64,000 nt of DNA from an uncultured Verrucomicrobiae bacterium (GCA_963713705.1 CAVQMY010000054.1:52314-116313), one strand, 5' to 3'; positions 27,811-38,391 are shown, counted from the stretch's first letter. Translations and numbers: made by a program. Notes: generated by a model from the sequence alone, not told the origin.

Positions 27811-30800
27811 ATGAAGGGGGAAAGATTGATCAGGGCATCGGTGCTAAGCACCCTCGTCGTTGCGATAGTCGGGGTGTGCCCGGGGAGATCAGTTGCACAG
27901 GAGGCCGTCCTCACCGACAATTCTACAGTCGTGGCGGCCAAGCCCAAGACCGTTCCGAGTGCCGCATTACAACGTTCTCTTCACGTCGTGGGGCCATTGG
28001 ACGCGCGCGTGGAATGCGACGCATTGCTGAAGTTTGACCTGTCCACACTCCCGGCCGGCACCGCCAGCACGAATATACTGAAAGCCACGCTGATCCTGTG
28101 GGTAAACACCCTCACTCACAGTGGTACATTTGATGTCGTCTCGGTTGGAGGAGCCTGGAACGAACGCACGGTGACGTGGGCGACGGCGCCCGCACTGATC
28201 CAGGTGGAAGCGGCAGGCGTGGTCCCGGTGCAGGATCAATTCGTTGCGGTGGATTTGACGGAGTTGGTGAAGAACTGGGTGGATGGGACGATCACCAACA
28301 ACGGCATCGCCATCGTTCCAAACACATCCAGTATCAATGTCTTGTTTGACAGCAAAGAGAACACGGAAACGTCCCACCAACCGCAACTTCTCCTTGCGAC
28401 GAGCCAGAATGTCAGCCTGTTCCCCAACGATGTCGGCTACGTCACGGCGACCGTGACCAATGCTGTTGCCCAGACCAACGGCGCGTATTCAGCCATGTCG
28501 GCTGGCACGGCCACGTTCGCTTCCAATTCCGCCAGCCTAGGAGATCTCTCGACTTCTGGCTGGAGCAACTTTGTGAACTCAGTTACCAATGCCCTGCCGG
28601 ATGGCAACATGCTGGCCGGCAAGGCTGCCACCAACCAGAATATCAGCCTGTTCCCCAACGACGCCAACTACGTCACCATGTCTGTGACCAACGGCCTGCC
28701 GGATGTCAATACGCTGGCCGGCAAGGCTTCGACCAACATCTTCAGCGGCAGCAACACCGGCCTAGTCGCCAATGCCGGCGTACCCAATCCCTCGAAGTTC
28801 CTTCGCCAGGATGGCTCATGGACCGCTCCGGCGGGCGCGACAAATGGACTCGCCTATCTGAATGATCTGAATGCCACCAATGACACCATCCGCACCGGCT
28901 CGCAAGCCGTGACCAACGGCCTGCCGGATGCCAACACGCTGGCCGGCAAAGCCGCCACCAACCAGAACGTCAGCCTCTTCCCCAATGACGCCAACTACGT
29001 CACTATGTCTGTGACCAACGGCCTGCCCAATGCCAACACGCTCGCGGGCAAGGCTTCGACCAACATCTTCAGCGGCAGCAACACCGGCCTTGTCGCCAAT
29101 GCCGGCGCACCCGATCCCTCGAAGTTCCTCCGCCAGGATGGCTCATGGACCGCTCCGTCCGGCGCGACAAACGGACTAGCCTATCTGAATGATCTGAACG
29201 CCACCAACACCGCCATCCGCACCGGCTCGCAAGCCGTGACCAATGGCCTGCCGGATGCCAACACGCTGGCCGGCAAGGCCGCCACCAACCAGAATGTCGG
29301 CCTGTTCCCCAACAATGCCGGCTACGTCACGATGGCTGTCACCAATGCTGTCGCACAGACCAATGGCACGTATTCAAGCATGTCGGCCGGCACAGCCACC
29401 TTTGCGACAACGGCGGGTTCTCTCAATGGTTCAGGTGTAACCGGGATATATTCCGGGATGAGCGTAGGAACCGCAACATTTGCCACCACAGCCGGCTCCT
29501 TGAATGGGAGTGGGGCCACGGCAACTTATTCTGGGATGTCTGTCGGCACCGCCACGTTCACCTCCAATTCCGGCAGTCTGGGAAATCTGTCGACTTCTGG
29601 CTGGAGCAACTTTGTGAACTCAGTCACCAATACTGTCGCTCAGACCAACGGCACGTATTCAGGCATGTCGGCCGGCGCGGCCACATTCGCCTCCAATTCC
29701 GGCAGTCTGGGAGGTCTCGCGGCTTCTGGCTGGAGCAACTTCGTGGACTCAGTCACCAATGGGTTGCCCGATGCCAACACGCTGGCCAGCAAGGCTTCGA
29801 CCAACATCTTCAGCGGCAGCAACACCGGCCTGGTCGCCAATGCCGGCGCACCCGATCCCACGAAGTTCCTTCGCCAGGATGGCTCATGGACCGCTCCGTC
29901 CGGCGCGACAAACGGACTCGCCTATCTGAATGATCTGAACGCCACCAATGACGCCATCCGCACCGGCTCGCAAGCCGTGACCAATGGTCTGCCGGACGCC
30001 AACACGCTGGCCGGCAAGGCTGCCACCAACCAGAATGTCAGTCTGTTTCCCAACGACGCCGGCTATGTCACGAAAACCGTGACCAATGGGTTGCCCGATG
30101 CCAACACGCTGGCGGGCAAAGCTGCTACCAACCAGAATATCAGCTTGTTCCCCAACGACGCCGGCTACGTCACGCAAGCCGTGACCAATAGCCTGCCGGA
30201 TGCCAACACGTTGGCCGGCAAGGCTTCGACCAACATCTTCAGCGGCAGCAACACTGGCTTGGTCGCTAACGCCGGGGCGCCCGATCCCTCGAAGTTCCTC
30301 CGCCAGGATGGCTCATGGTCCGCCCCGGCGGGTGCGACAAATGGATTCGCCTATCTAAATGATCTGAATGCCACCAATGACGCTATCCGTACCGGCTCGC
30401 AAGCCGTGACCAATGGCCTGCCGGATGCCAACACGTTGGCGGGCAAAGCTGCCACCAACCAGAATGTCAGCCTGTTCCCCAACGATGCCGGCTACGTCAC
30501 GCAAGCCGTGACCAACGGCCTGGAAACGATCACCGCAGCGAATGGATTGGCCTCAACGAACACCGCCCCCAGCGCTCTGACAAATGCCACGTTCACCTTG
30601 GGCGCGAATTTCACAAACGGCAACTTCCGGTGTTTCTACGCCGTCAGTGTGAGCATGGCCAGCACTACGGTGGTCGATTTCATCAACCTAACGGATGCGA
30701 CGACAAACACCATTTCGGTCGCCGACGTTGGTGGTCTGATCCTGACAAACTCAGTATTTCAATTGGCCGGGCCAAATGAGGTTTTCATAATCAACACGAA

Positions 30801-30858
30801 TCGGTCGGGAGCAGGGCAGGCGCCTTCTCTCATCAGTGTGACGGGAAAGATACTATAG
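27811..30858 (+). CDS. 1015-aa secreted protein: N-terminal DNRLRE-like beta-sandwich followed by a mosaic of tail-fibre-like repeats
   Basis: Signal peptide MKGERLIRASVLSTLVVAIVGVCPGRSVAQE. ...ALLKFDLSTLPAGTASTNILKATLILWVN...FDVVSVGGAWNERTVTWATAP is a DNRLRE-type pattern. It is followed by at least 8 copies of NQN(V/I)SLFPNDAGYVT and 4 copies of ...DPSKFLRQDGSWTAP.GATNGLAYLNDLNATN... Confidence 0.8.
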   Translation: MKGERLIRASVLSTLVVAIVGVCPGRSVAQEAVLTDNSTVVAAKPKTVPSAALQRSLHVVGPLDARVECDALLKFDLSTLPAGTASTNILKATLILWVNTLTHSGTFDVVSVGGAWNERTVTWATAPALIQVEAAGVVPVQDQFVAVDLTELVKNWVDGTITNNGIAIVPNTSSINVLFDSKENTETSHQPQLLLATSQNVSLFPNDVGYVTATVTNAVAQTNGAYSAMSAGTATFASNSASLGDLSTSGWSNFVNSVTNALPDGNMLAGKAATNQNISLFPNDANYVTMSVTNGLPDVNTLAGKASTNIFSGSNTGLVANAGVPNPSKFLRQDGSWTAPAGATNGLAYLNDLNATNDTIRTGSQAVTNGLPDANTLAGKAATNQNVSLFPNDANYVTMSVTNGLPNANTLAGKASTNIFSGSNTGLVANAGAPDPSKFLRQDGSWTAPSGATNGLAYLNDLNATNTAIRTGSQAVTNGLPDANTLAGKAATNQNVGLFPNNAGYVTMAVTNAVAQTNGTYSSMSAGTATFATTAGSLNGSGVTGIYSGMSVGTATFATTAGSLNGSGATATYSGMSVGTATFTSNSGSLGNLSTSGWSNFVNSVTNTVAQTNGTYSGMSAGAATFASNSGSLGGLAASGWSNFVDSVTNGLPDANTLASKASTNIFSGSNTGLVANAGAPDPTKFLRQDGSWTAPSGATNGLAYLNDLNATNDAIRTGSQAVTNGLPDANTLAGKAATNQNVSLFPNDAGYVTKTVTNGLPDANTLAGKAATNQNISLFPNDAGYVTQAVTNSLPDANTLAGKASTNIFSGSNTGLVANAGAPDPSKFLRQDGSWSAPAGATNGFAYLNDLNATNDAIRTGSQAVTNGLPDANTLAGKAATNQNVSLFPNDAGYVTQAVTNGLETITAANGLASTNTAPSALTNATFTLGANFTNGNFRCFYAVSVSMASTTVVDFINLTDATTNTISVADVGGLILTNSVFQLAGPNEVFIINTNRSGAGQAPSLISVTGKIL
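28620..30510 (+). repeat. In-frame coding tandem repeats (about 102-bp and 222-bp sub-units in alternating order)
   Basis: GTGACCAA(C/T)GG(C/G/T)(C/T)TGCC(G/C)GATGCC-type anchors recur at 28684, 28912, 29014, 29236, 29752, 29974, 30079, 30181 and 30403. Confidence 0.85.
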
Positions 30859-31130
30859 CTGGAACCGCATTTCTGTCGGCACCGCGGTGTCGGCGGGTTG
30901 ACCGGTCGCGGGGCTGTTCTGGCCGCGATCCGCACGAACAACATCTCACGCCATTTGCCACATCCACAATCTCCTTCAGCGGTGCACTTTCTGCGTTGCC
31001 CGCGGCGGGGGATGTGATAGGTTGAGACAGCCATGAAACGCCGGGGGGCAATTTTAGCCGCCTACATTGTTCTTCTCGCGGCAATCCCAACCCTTCGTGG
31101 GACCGGTCAGGGACCGGGCACGCAGAGACC

Positions 31131-32330
31131 GTGTGCTTTATCAAAGTCGACGGCGTGATCGGACCGGCAACAGCCAGCTACATTTCCCGCGCCGTCGATG
31201 AAGCGGCGTCACAAGGCGCGCAATGTTTGCTCATCCAACTCGACACCCCCGGGGGACTGCTCGATTCGACCAAGGAGATCGTGCAGAAATTCCTTGCCTC
31301 GACCGTGCCAACGGTCGTCTACGTGGCGCCACAGGGGGCCCAGGCGGGCAGTGCCGGCTGTTTCATTACGCTGGCGGCCGACGTGGCCGCGATGGCGCCG
31401 GCCACCGCCATCGGCGCGGCGCATCCCGTCGAGATGGGTGGCGAAGAGATCGACAAGACGATGAAGGAGAAGCTGGAGAATTTTTACAGCAGTTACATCG
31501 AGGGTATCGCCGTCAAACGAAAGCGGAACGCGGAGTGGGCGAGGTCATCGGTGCGCGACAGCGCGGCGATCACCGCGGAAAAGGCACTGCAGATGAAAGT
31601 CATCGATTTCATCGCGAAGGATCGCGAAGACCTGTTGAAGCAACTCGACGGGCGCGAAGTGAACAGCCGTAAACTGAAGACGGCCTCGGCGACGGTGGTG
31701 GAGATTCCGCCGTCCCTGCGCGAAAAGGTTTTTCAGGCCATCGCGCATCCGCAGATGATGCTGGTACTGACATTGATCGTGATGTACGGGATCATCGGGG
31801 AGTTGACCAGCCCCGGCGCGATACTGCCCGGTGTGGCGGGCGTGATCGCGCTGGTATTGTTGCTGTATCTGGCGACGGCGCTGCCGATGAACGTGGCCGG
31901 ACTGGTGTTGTTCGGCGTGGCGATCGCGCTGTTTCTCATCGATGCGTTTGCCCCGACGCACGGGGTGTTGACGGCCGGCGGCATCGTGGCGTTTTTCCTC
32001 GGCGCGCTCATGCTGTTTGACCGTTCTGATCCGTACTTGAAGTTGTCGCTGGCGTGGGTGGTGCCGGCCACGGTGGTGACGGCGTTGTTTTTCATTTTCG
32101 TGGTCGGCAGCGGTTTGCGGGCGCAACGGATGCCCATCAAGGCCGGCGCGGAGACGATGCGCGGCCGGGTGGTGACGGCGTTGACAGACATTGACGGGCA
32201 GGGCGGCAAGGTGTTCGTCGAAGGAGAATACTGGCAGGCCGTCAGTGATGTGCGCGTGGCGCAAGGCCAGCGCGTCGAGATTGTCGGGAGGCAGGGACTG
32301 ACGTTGGAAGTGAAACCGAAACTTACCTAA
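31131..32330 (+). CDS. NfeD-family membrane-bound ClpP-class serine protease
   Basis: ...IKVDGVIGPATASYISRAVDEA...LIQLDTPGGLLDSTKEIV...GAQAGSAGCFI..., TM block and a C-terminal OB-like domain. A good signal peptide (MKRRGAILAAYIVLLAAIPTLRG, ATG 31033) lies upstream in a different frame. Confidence 0.8.
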   Translation: MCFIKVDGVIGPATASYISRAVDEAASQGAQCLLIQLDTPGGLLDSTKEIVQKFLASTVPTVVYVAPQGAQAGSAGCFITLAADVAAMAPATAIGAAHPVEMGGEEIDKTMKEKLENFYSSYIEGIAVKRKRNAEWARSSVRDSAAITAEKALQMKVIDFIAKDREDLLKQLDGREVNSRKLKTASATVVEIPPSLREKVFQAIAHPQMMLVLTLIVMYGIIGELTSPGAILPGVAGVIALVLLLYLATALPMNVAGLVLFGVAIALFLIDAFAPTHGVLTAGGIVAFFLGALMLFDRSDPYLKLSLAWVVPATVVTALFFIFVVGSGLRAQRMPIKAGAETMRGRVVTALTDIDGQGGKVFVEGEYWQAVSDVRVAQGQRVEIVGRQGLTLEVKPKLT

Positions 32331-32334
32331 AGGA

Positions 32335-33135
32335 GTGCCTATCATGGATGCCGCGGAAAAATCGTTTGGTCTGATCCCCTGGATTGTGGTGTTGTTCGTG
32401 TTGGGCGCGGTCGTACTGCCACAAACGATTCGCATCCTGCGCGAGTATGAGCGCGGGGTGATTTTTCGATTGGGCAAACTGCTCGGCGCAAAAGGGCCCG
32501 GGCTGATCCTGCTCATCCCGATTGTGGATCGCATGGTAAAGATGGACCTTCGCGTCATCACGATCGAGGTGCCCAAACAGGAAGTGATGACCCGAGACAA
32601 CGTGCCCGCCACGGTGGACGCGGTCATTTACTTTCGCGTCGTCGACCCGCAGGCGGCGGTGGTCAAGGTGGAGAATTTCCTCAAAGCCAGTTCGCTGATC
32701 GCCCAGACGACACTGCGGAGTGTGCTTGGCCAGTCGCAGCTCGACGAGTTGCTGGCCCAGCGCGACAAAATCAATCAAGAGCTTCAGGAAATCATTGACA
32801 AGCACACCGAGCCGTGGGGCGTCAAGGTCACCTCGGTCGAAGTTCGCGACGTGGTTCTGCCCGACACAATGAAGCGGGCCATGGCCAAACAGGCGGAGGC
32901 GGAGCGCGAGCGCCGCGCCAAGGTTGTCAACGCCGAGGGCGAGTTTCAGGCCGCCGAAAAACTCGTGCAGGCGGCGGGTATGATCGCCGCGCAACCCATC
33001 GCCCTACAGTTGCGTTTTCTGCAAACGATGGCGGAGATCGCCAGCGAGCACAACACGGCGACGTTCATTCCGATCCCGATGGACCTATTCACGCCGTTCC
33101 TGAAGAAGTCCGGCGACGAGACCGCGAAACACTAG
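32335..33135 (+). CDS. SPFH/band-7 (stomatin-like) protein
   Basis: ...IRILREYERGVIFRLGKLLGAKGPGLILLIPIVDRMVKMDLRV...VKVTSVEVRDVVLP...AEAERERRAKV... Confidence 0.9.
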   Translation: MPIMDAAEKSFGLIPWIVVLFVLGAVVLPQTIRILREYERGVIFRLGKLLGAKGPGLILLIPIVDRMVKMDLRVITIEVPKQEVMTRDNVPATVDAVIYFRVVDPQAAVVKVENFLKASSLIAQTTLRSVLGQSQLDELLAQRDKINQELQEIIDKHTEPWGVKVTSVEVRDVVLPDTMKRAMAKQAEAERERRAKVVNAEGEFQAAEKLVQAAGMIAAQPIALQLRFLQTMAEIASEHNTATFIPIPMDLFTPFLKKSGDETAKH

Positions 33136-33235
33136 AGGCTGGCTCCGCACGGGATGGTGCTGGCCGGGTTTGGCACCGGCCGACACGACGAATCGATGTT
33201 GAAGCTTCTCGTCACGGAAGTTACAGTCCAGCCTT

Positions 33236-34522
33236 GTGAGACTCACTTCGTGGCGCGACGGCGTCACACGCTACCAATGGCTGGTGCTGTTCGTGGCGTG
33301 GCTCGGCTGGGTGTTCGACTCGATGGACGCGACGATCTACGCGCTGGTCATGCAGCCGGCACTTCACGACCTGTTGCGCACGCCGGGAGTCGTATCCGTC
33401 AGTGCCAACGTCATCGGCTGGTACGGCGGTATCATCTTTTCGGTGTTCCTGATCGGTTGGGCCATCGGGGGTGTCCTCTTCGGCGTCGTGGCGGACAATT
33501 TCGGACGGACCAAGGTACTGGTTTTTACGATCCTGATTTATGCCGTGTTCACGGGCATGGCGGCGCTGTCGCGGACGTGGTGGGAACTGGCGCTGTTCCG
33601 GTTCCTGACGGCGCTGGGCATCGGTGGCGAGTGGGCCGCTGGCGCGTCACTCGTGGCGGAAGTATTTCCCGAAGAAAAGCGGGCCCAAGCCGCGGGTCTT
33701 TTGCAGTCGGCCTGGGCCGCGGGATTCCTGGTGGCGGCAATTATCGCCCTGCTCCTGCGTGACCATGGGTGGCGGCCGGTGTTTGTGGTCGGCATTGCAC
33801 CGGCAGTCGTGGCGCTTCTCGTGCGGCTGTGGGTCAAGGAGCCGGAGCGATGGATCAAGGCCCGCGCCGAGGAACGACAGTCTCCCGCTCGGGGCCGTCA
33901 AAGGCTGGCGGAATTGTTCGCGCCGGGGCTGGTGCGTTCCACTTTGGTCGGGTCCGGGTTGGCGTTTGTGGCCGTGTTTGGCCTGTGGGGGGCGACGAAT
34001 TGGACGCCGACGCTTATCCGCGCGTTGCCCGATCTCCGAGATTTGAGTCCCTCGGAACTCACGGGCCGGGTCAGCTACGCGACGATGGTGCTCAACGTTG
34101 GAGCGGTATTCGGTTATCTGAGTTTCGGTCCGTTGGCCGACCGCCTGGGGAGACGTCCGGTATTCGCGATGATGTGCGTGGGCAGCCTGATGATGCTGCC
34201 GATCACGTTTCTGACGCCGCGATCCTACGTCCACGTGCTGTTGTTGTTGCCGTTGCTGGGGTTTTTCAACAACGGCATCTTCAGCGGTTTTCCGATTTAC
34301 CTGCCGGAATTGTATCCGACGCGGATTCGCGCGACCGGCGCGGGCTTTTGTTTCAACGTCGGTCGGGCGCTGGCGTCGACCGCCCCATTTTTGACCGGTT
34401 GTCTCGTCACCGCGCTGGGTAGCTTTGGCCGCGCCGCCAGCGCGGTGGCGGTGGTCTATCTCGTTGGGCTTCTGATCCTGCCGTTCGCTCCCGAGACCCG
34501 GGGCAAACCTCTGCCGCCCTGA
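33236..34522 (+). CDS. MFS transporter
   Basis: About 12 TM segments. MFS loop motifs GVVADNFGRTK and GPLADRLGRRPVF. Confidence 0.8.
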   Translation: MRLTSWRDGVTRYQWLVLFVAWLGWVFDSMDATIYALVMQPALHDLLRTPGVVSVSANVIGWYGGIIFSVFLIGWAIGGVLFGVVADNFGRTKVLVFTILIYAVFTGMAALSRTWWELALFRFLTALGIGGEWAAGASLVAEVFPEEKRAQAAGLLQSAWAAGFLVAAIIALLLRDHGWRPVFVVGIAPAVVALLVRLWVKEPERWIKARAEERQSPARGRQRLAELFAPGLVRSTLVGSGLAFVAVFGLWGATNWTPTLIRALPDLRDLSPSELTGRVSYATMVLNVGAVFGYLSFGPLADRLGRRPVFAMMCVGSLMMLPITFLTPRSYVHVLLLLPLLGFFNNGIFSGFPIYLPELYPTRIRATGAGFCFNVGRALASTAPFLTGCLVTALGSFGRAASAVAVVYLVGLLILPFAPETRGKPLPP

Positions 34523-34637
34523 GGGAGGCGGATTTCCGACTTGACCAAGAGTCGGGCGCGGGGCGAAAATTCCCGCAAGTCGGTGGGCGCGTGCGGTCGG
34601 CGCAAACGCCTTCGGGTTGCGTGGGAGTTGATCGGAA

Positions 34638-36274
34638 ATGAAAATGCCGCGCGGCCATGAACAGTACACTTTGCCTGGGTCTTTCTGCCGTTTCATCCGC
34701 TTTCTGGCCTCGATCCTGACGATCGTCGCGGTCGTGTCCCCGATGGAAGCGGTCGGTCAGAGCGCCAGCCCGGTCGCGACCAACCTTCCACGTTCTGCGC
34801 AATCCGGTAGCAGCACGACCGGATCGTCTGAGAGACTCGCGCCAGCGCTGGTCGTGAGAGAACCGGCTGTCGCCGGGTTGTTCTATCCGCGGGATGCGGG
34901 ACAACTGTCGCAAACGCTCGACGCGCTTCTGGCGGGCGCGAGACCGCGGGTGATGGAAGGCGAGTTGCGCGCCATCTTGTGTCCGCACGCCGGTTACGAA
35001 TTTTCCGGCCCGGTGGCGGCCGAAGCCTACCGGCTGCTGGACGGGCACACTTACGATACCGTGGTCATCCTGGCGCCGAGTCACTATGCGTTGTTTCGGG
35101 GCGCGTCAGTGATCGCCGCGGACGCGTATCGCACACCGCTTGGGCTTGTGCCCGTGTCGCCCAAGGCCCGGCAATGGGCGAAAGCCGCGCCATTCGTGCT
35201 CGAACCGAAGTGTCTGGTGCAACGTCCTCCGTGGTCGAAGCAGGCCTCGATCCGGAGCCGGAGTTCGGTGAGGATACGCCGGAGACGTGGGAGCATTCGG
35301 CGGAAGTGGAGGTGCCATTCCTGCAGAAGACGCTGACGAATTTCTCGGTCGTCTCGATCATTACCGGCGAGGTTGACACCGAGAGACTGGCGCAGGCGTT
35401 GGCGAACCGTCTCGACAACAAGACGCTGTTGGTCGTCAGCACGGACCTGAGCCACTACTACCCGTATGACATCGCGCGCGAGAAGGATGCGCGGTGCGTG
35501 TCCGCCATCTGTGACCTTGATATTGACCGGATGAAGGCTGAGGAGGCCTGCGGCAAGACCGGCGTGCTGACGTTGCTTTCACTGGCACGGTCAAAAGGCT
35601 GGAAAGCCACATTGCTCGATGCTCGCAACAGCGGCGACACTTCGGGGCGGAAAGACAGAGTTGTCGGTTACGCCGCCATCGCCTTCTGCTCCCCATCGTT
35701 GCAGGCGTTCACCCGTGAAGACCGGCAACAGTTGCTGCTGCTGGCCCGACAGAGCCTCACGGAGGTTGTCACCAACGACAAACTGCCGGACGTGAAGACC
35801 GACGGTTTTCCGCCGAAGTTCGCGGAAGTGAAAGGGTGCTTCGTCACGCTCACCGAACATGGTCGCCTGCGCGGGTGCATCGGCCACATCCAACCCCAAG
35901 AGCCGCTCTACAAGGCGGTGATGGACAACTCCCTGAACGCCGCAAAACGCGACCCCCGGTTCCAACCCGTCCGGCCAGACGAACTCGACCAGGTGGAGAT
36001 CGAAATCAGCGTGCTCACGGTGCCCGAGCCGCTCCCGTTCAGCTCGCCCGAAGACTTGCTGGCCAAATTGCAGCCCAATCGGGACGGCGTCGTCCTGCGG
36101 ATGGGCGGCCTCAGCGCGACGTACCTGCCGCAGGTTTGGGAGCAGATACCAGACAAGACGCAGTTTCTGGACACGCTCGCGGAAAAGGCGGGCGCAGCCG
36201 CGGGCGACTGGCGCGCGCCGGGTACGCAGGTGTTCATCTACCGCGTAGAATCCTTCAAGGAAGCGGAGAAGTGA
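34638..36274 (+). pseudogene. Fused AmmeMemoRadiSam system protein B (MEMO-like) / protein A (AMMECR1), with one frame change at ~35200-35260 (or an assembly indel)
   Basis: ORF 34638..35336 has ...LFYPRDAGQLSQTLD...ILCPHAGYEFSGPVAAEAY...VVILAPSH... ORF 34979..36274 continues ...WEHSAEVEVPFLQ...VVSTDLSHYYP...NSGDTSG (MEMO). It then has ...CFVTLTEHGRLRGCIGHIQPQEPLYKAV...AAKRDPRFQPV... (AMMECR1). Confidence 0.8.
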
Positions 36275-38391
36275 ATCGCCGCGTGGGGCTTGCCGTCGGC
36301 GCGCTGGGCGTCATGGCGGCGATGACGCAACTGGCGCTCATGCGCGAGATGCTGTGCGTGTTCAGCGGCAATGAACTGGCCCTTGGCGTGATCCTCGGCA
36401 ACTGGTTGTTGTTGACGGGGCTTGGCTCCTGGCTCGGACGGACGGCCGGTCGCGTGCGCCACCCGCAACGCGCACTGGCGCTTCTGCTCCTGTTGGTTGC
36501 TCTCCTGCCGTTGGCACAGGTGTTCACGCTACGCGAACTGCGCAACGTGGTGTTTGTCCGAGGCGCGACCATTGGACTCTCCGAAACCGTGACGGCGAGT
36601 TTTCTGTGGCTGGCGCCGTTCTGCATCGTGTCCGGTTATATGCTGACGCTGGCCTGCGGCGCGCTCGCGACGCCCCAAGGACGGGGCGCCATCGGCACCG
36701 TGTATGTTACGGACAGCGTCGGCAGCGTTCTCGGCGGAGCGTTGTTTACCTATGTTTTGGTGCGGCGGCTCGACCACTTCGCGCTCCTGAGCCTGCCGGC
36801 GCTTGTCTGTCTGCTGGTTGCCGGATGGCTCGCCTGGCATGAACGGCAATACTGGGTGGTGGGAGCGGCGGGTATCATGGCCGCGGGATTGGTGGTGGCA
36901 TTGGTCGCGATGGACGTGGACGGCGCCTCTACCGCGCGGCTGTTTGCCGGCCAGCGCGTGGTGTTTCACGGCAACTCGCCCTACGGCAAACTGGTCGTGA
37001 CCGAATCGGCCGGCCAGTTGAACTTCATTGAGAACGGCGTGCCGGTGATTGCGACGCACAACATTGAGGAGGTTGAGGAAACCGTGCATTACGCGATGTC
37101 CCAACGACCCCGTGCCCAGCGTGTCCTGCTGATTGGTGGCGGCGTGTCCGGGACAGCGCGTGAGATTCTCAAGTACGGCGTCGCGGAGGTGACGTACGTT
37201 GAACTCGATCCACTGATTATCACGGTTGGCCGTCGGTTCCTGCCGGAAAGCCTCGCCGACCCGCGGATCCGGGTATTGAATACCGACGGGCGGTTGTTCG
37301 TGAAACGCACGGGGGAGACCTTTGACGTGGTGATTGTGGATGTGCCGCCGCCGTCCACATCGCAGATCAACCGGTTCTTCACGTCCGAGTTCTTTGACGA
37401 GGTGAAGCGGGTGCTCACGCCGGGGGGCGTGCTCGCCTTCCCGCTGGGGCACTACGAAAACTTCGTCAGTCCCGAACTGGCGCGCGTATTGGCCTCGGCA
37501 TCCACGACCTTACGGCGGACGTTTCGCCACCAACTCGTGATTCCCGGCGGGCGTATATTTTTCCTGGCCTCGGACGGCGAACTCTACGCAGACATCTCCG
37601 CCCGCATCGAGCAGTCGGGCGTATCAACTCACTGGGTGAACCGGCATTATCTCAGCGCGGTGTTGACGCCCGACCGGCTGGCGGACATGCAACGAGCCAC
37701 GGCGGCGACGGCGACGGCGAACGCCGATTTCAACCCGGTGTTATACTACTATCACCTGATGCATTGGATGAGCCAGTTCCGTGAGCGCTACGGCCTGTGG
37801 GCGATCGTGCTGGTCGCCGGCTTCGCGGCGTACCTTGCGCGGACACGGGCCGTGCCGTTTGCGATTTTCGCGTCCGGCTTTGCGGCTTCGGCGTTGGAAA
37901 TTGTGCTGCTGCTCGGCTTCCAAATCCTGTGCGGCTCCGTGTATCGTCAGGTTGGCGTTATCATCACGGTGTTCATGGCCGGCCTGGCGGCGGGGGCATT
38001 CGCGGCGACGCGGTATCGACCCATCGGCAACCGCGTGCCGTTGGCGGGACTGGCCCTGGGGATCGCGCTCCTCGCGGTGATACTCCCGGCGGGATTGAAA
38101 TCGCTCGAGCACGCTCCCGTGCCGATCGTCCAAGGGGCGATTGCCCTGCTCACGCTGGTGTTGGCGTCCATGGTCGGGATGGAATTTCCCCTGGCAACAC
38201 GGACGATCTTCCGCGACATGGCCGGAACGGCATCGAGGTTGTACACCGCGGACTTCACCGGCGCGTGCCTCGGCGCACTGCTGGCCAGCACACTATTGAT
38301 CCCGCTTCTGGGGGTGACGGCGACGTGCCTGTTGGCGGGCGGCGTGAATGTCGTGAGCGCGGTCTGGCTGTTGGCGGGGGATTTTCGATGA
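36271..38391 (+). CDS. Polytopic membrane protein with a central spermidine-synthase-like (aminopropyltransferase/methyltransferase fold) domain
   Basis: GTG 36271 overlaps the upstream stop (GTGA). There are N- and C-terminal TM bundles. The core reads ...RVLLIGGGVSGTAREILKYGVAEVTYVELDPLIITVGRRFL...VVIVDVPPPSTSQINRFFTSEFFDEVKRVLTPGGVLAF. Confidence 0.75.
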   Translation: MNRRVGLAVGALGVMAAMTQLALMREMLCVFSGNELALGVILGNWLLLTGLGSWLGRTAGRVRHPQRALALLLLLVALLPLAQVFTLRELRNVVFVRGATIGLSETVTASFLWLAPFCIVSGYMLTLACGALATPQGRGAIGTVYVTDSVGSVLGGALFTYVLVRRLDHFALLSLPALVCLLVAGWLAWHERQYWVVGAAGIMAAGLVVALVAMDVDGASTARLFAGQRVVFHGNSPYGKLVVTESAGQLNFIENGVPVIATHNIEEVEETVHYAMSQRPRAQRVLLIGGGVSGTAREILKYGVAEVTYVELDPLIITVGRRFLPESLADPRIRVLNTDGRLFVKRTGETFDVVIVDVPPPSTSQINRFFTSEFFDEVKRVLTPGGVLAFPLGHYENFVSPELARVLASASTTLRRTFRHQLVIPGGRIFFLASDGELYADISARIEQSGVSTHWVNRHYLSAVLTPDRLADMQRATAATATANADFNPVLYYYHLMHWMSQFRERYGLWAIVLVAGFAAYLARTRAVPFAIFASGFAASALEIVLLLGFQILCGSVYRQVGVIITVFMAGLAAGAFAATRYRPIGNRVPLAGLALGIALLAVILPAGLKSLEHAPVPIVQGAIALLTLVLASMVGMEFPLATRTIFRDMAGTASRLYTADFTGACLGALLASTLLIPLLGVTATCLLAGGVNVVSAVWLLAGDFR

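Noticed and set aside
28620-30510. Regular ~100/220-bp periodicity that could superficially suggest a CRISPR-like or satellite array
   Set aside because: The repeats are in frame within one long ORF of clear protein character (tail-fibre-like cassettes). There is no short repeat/unique spacer alternation and there are no cas genes.
35836-38391. 851-aa track ORF as the true extent of the spermidine-synthase-like gene
   Set aside because: The first ~145 codons overlap the AMMECR1 coding region in another frame and are Arg/Pro/Ala-rich GC-frame noise. GTG 36271 overlapping the upstream stop gives a sensible TM N-terminus.
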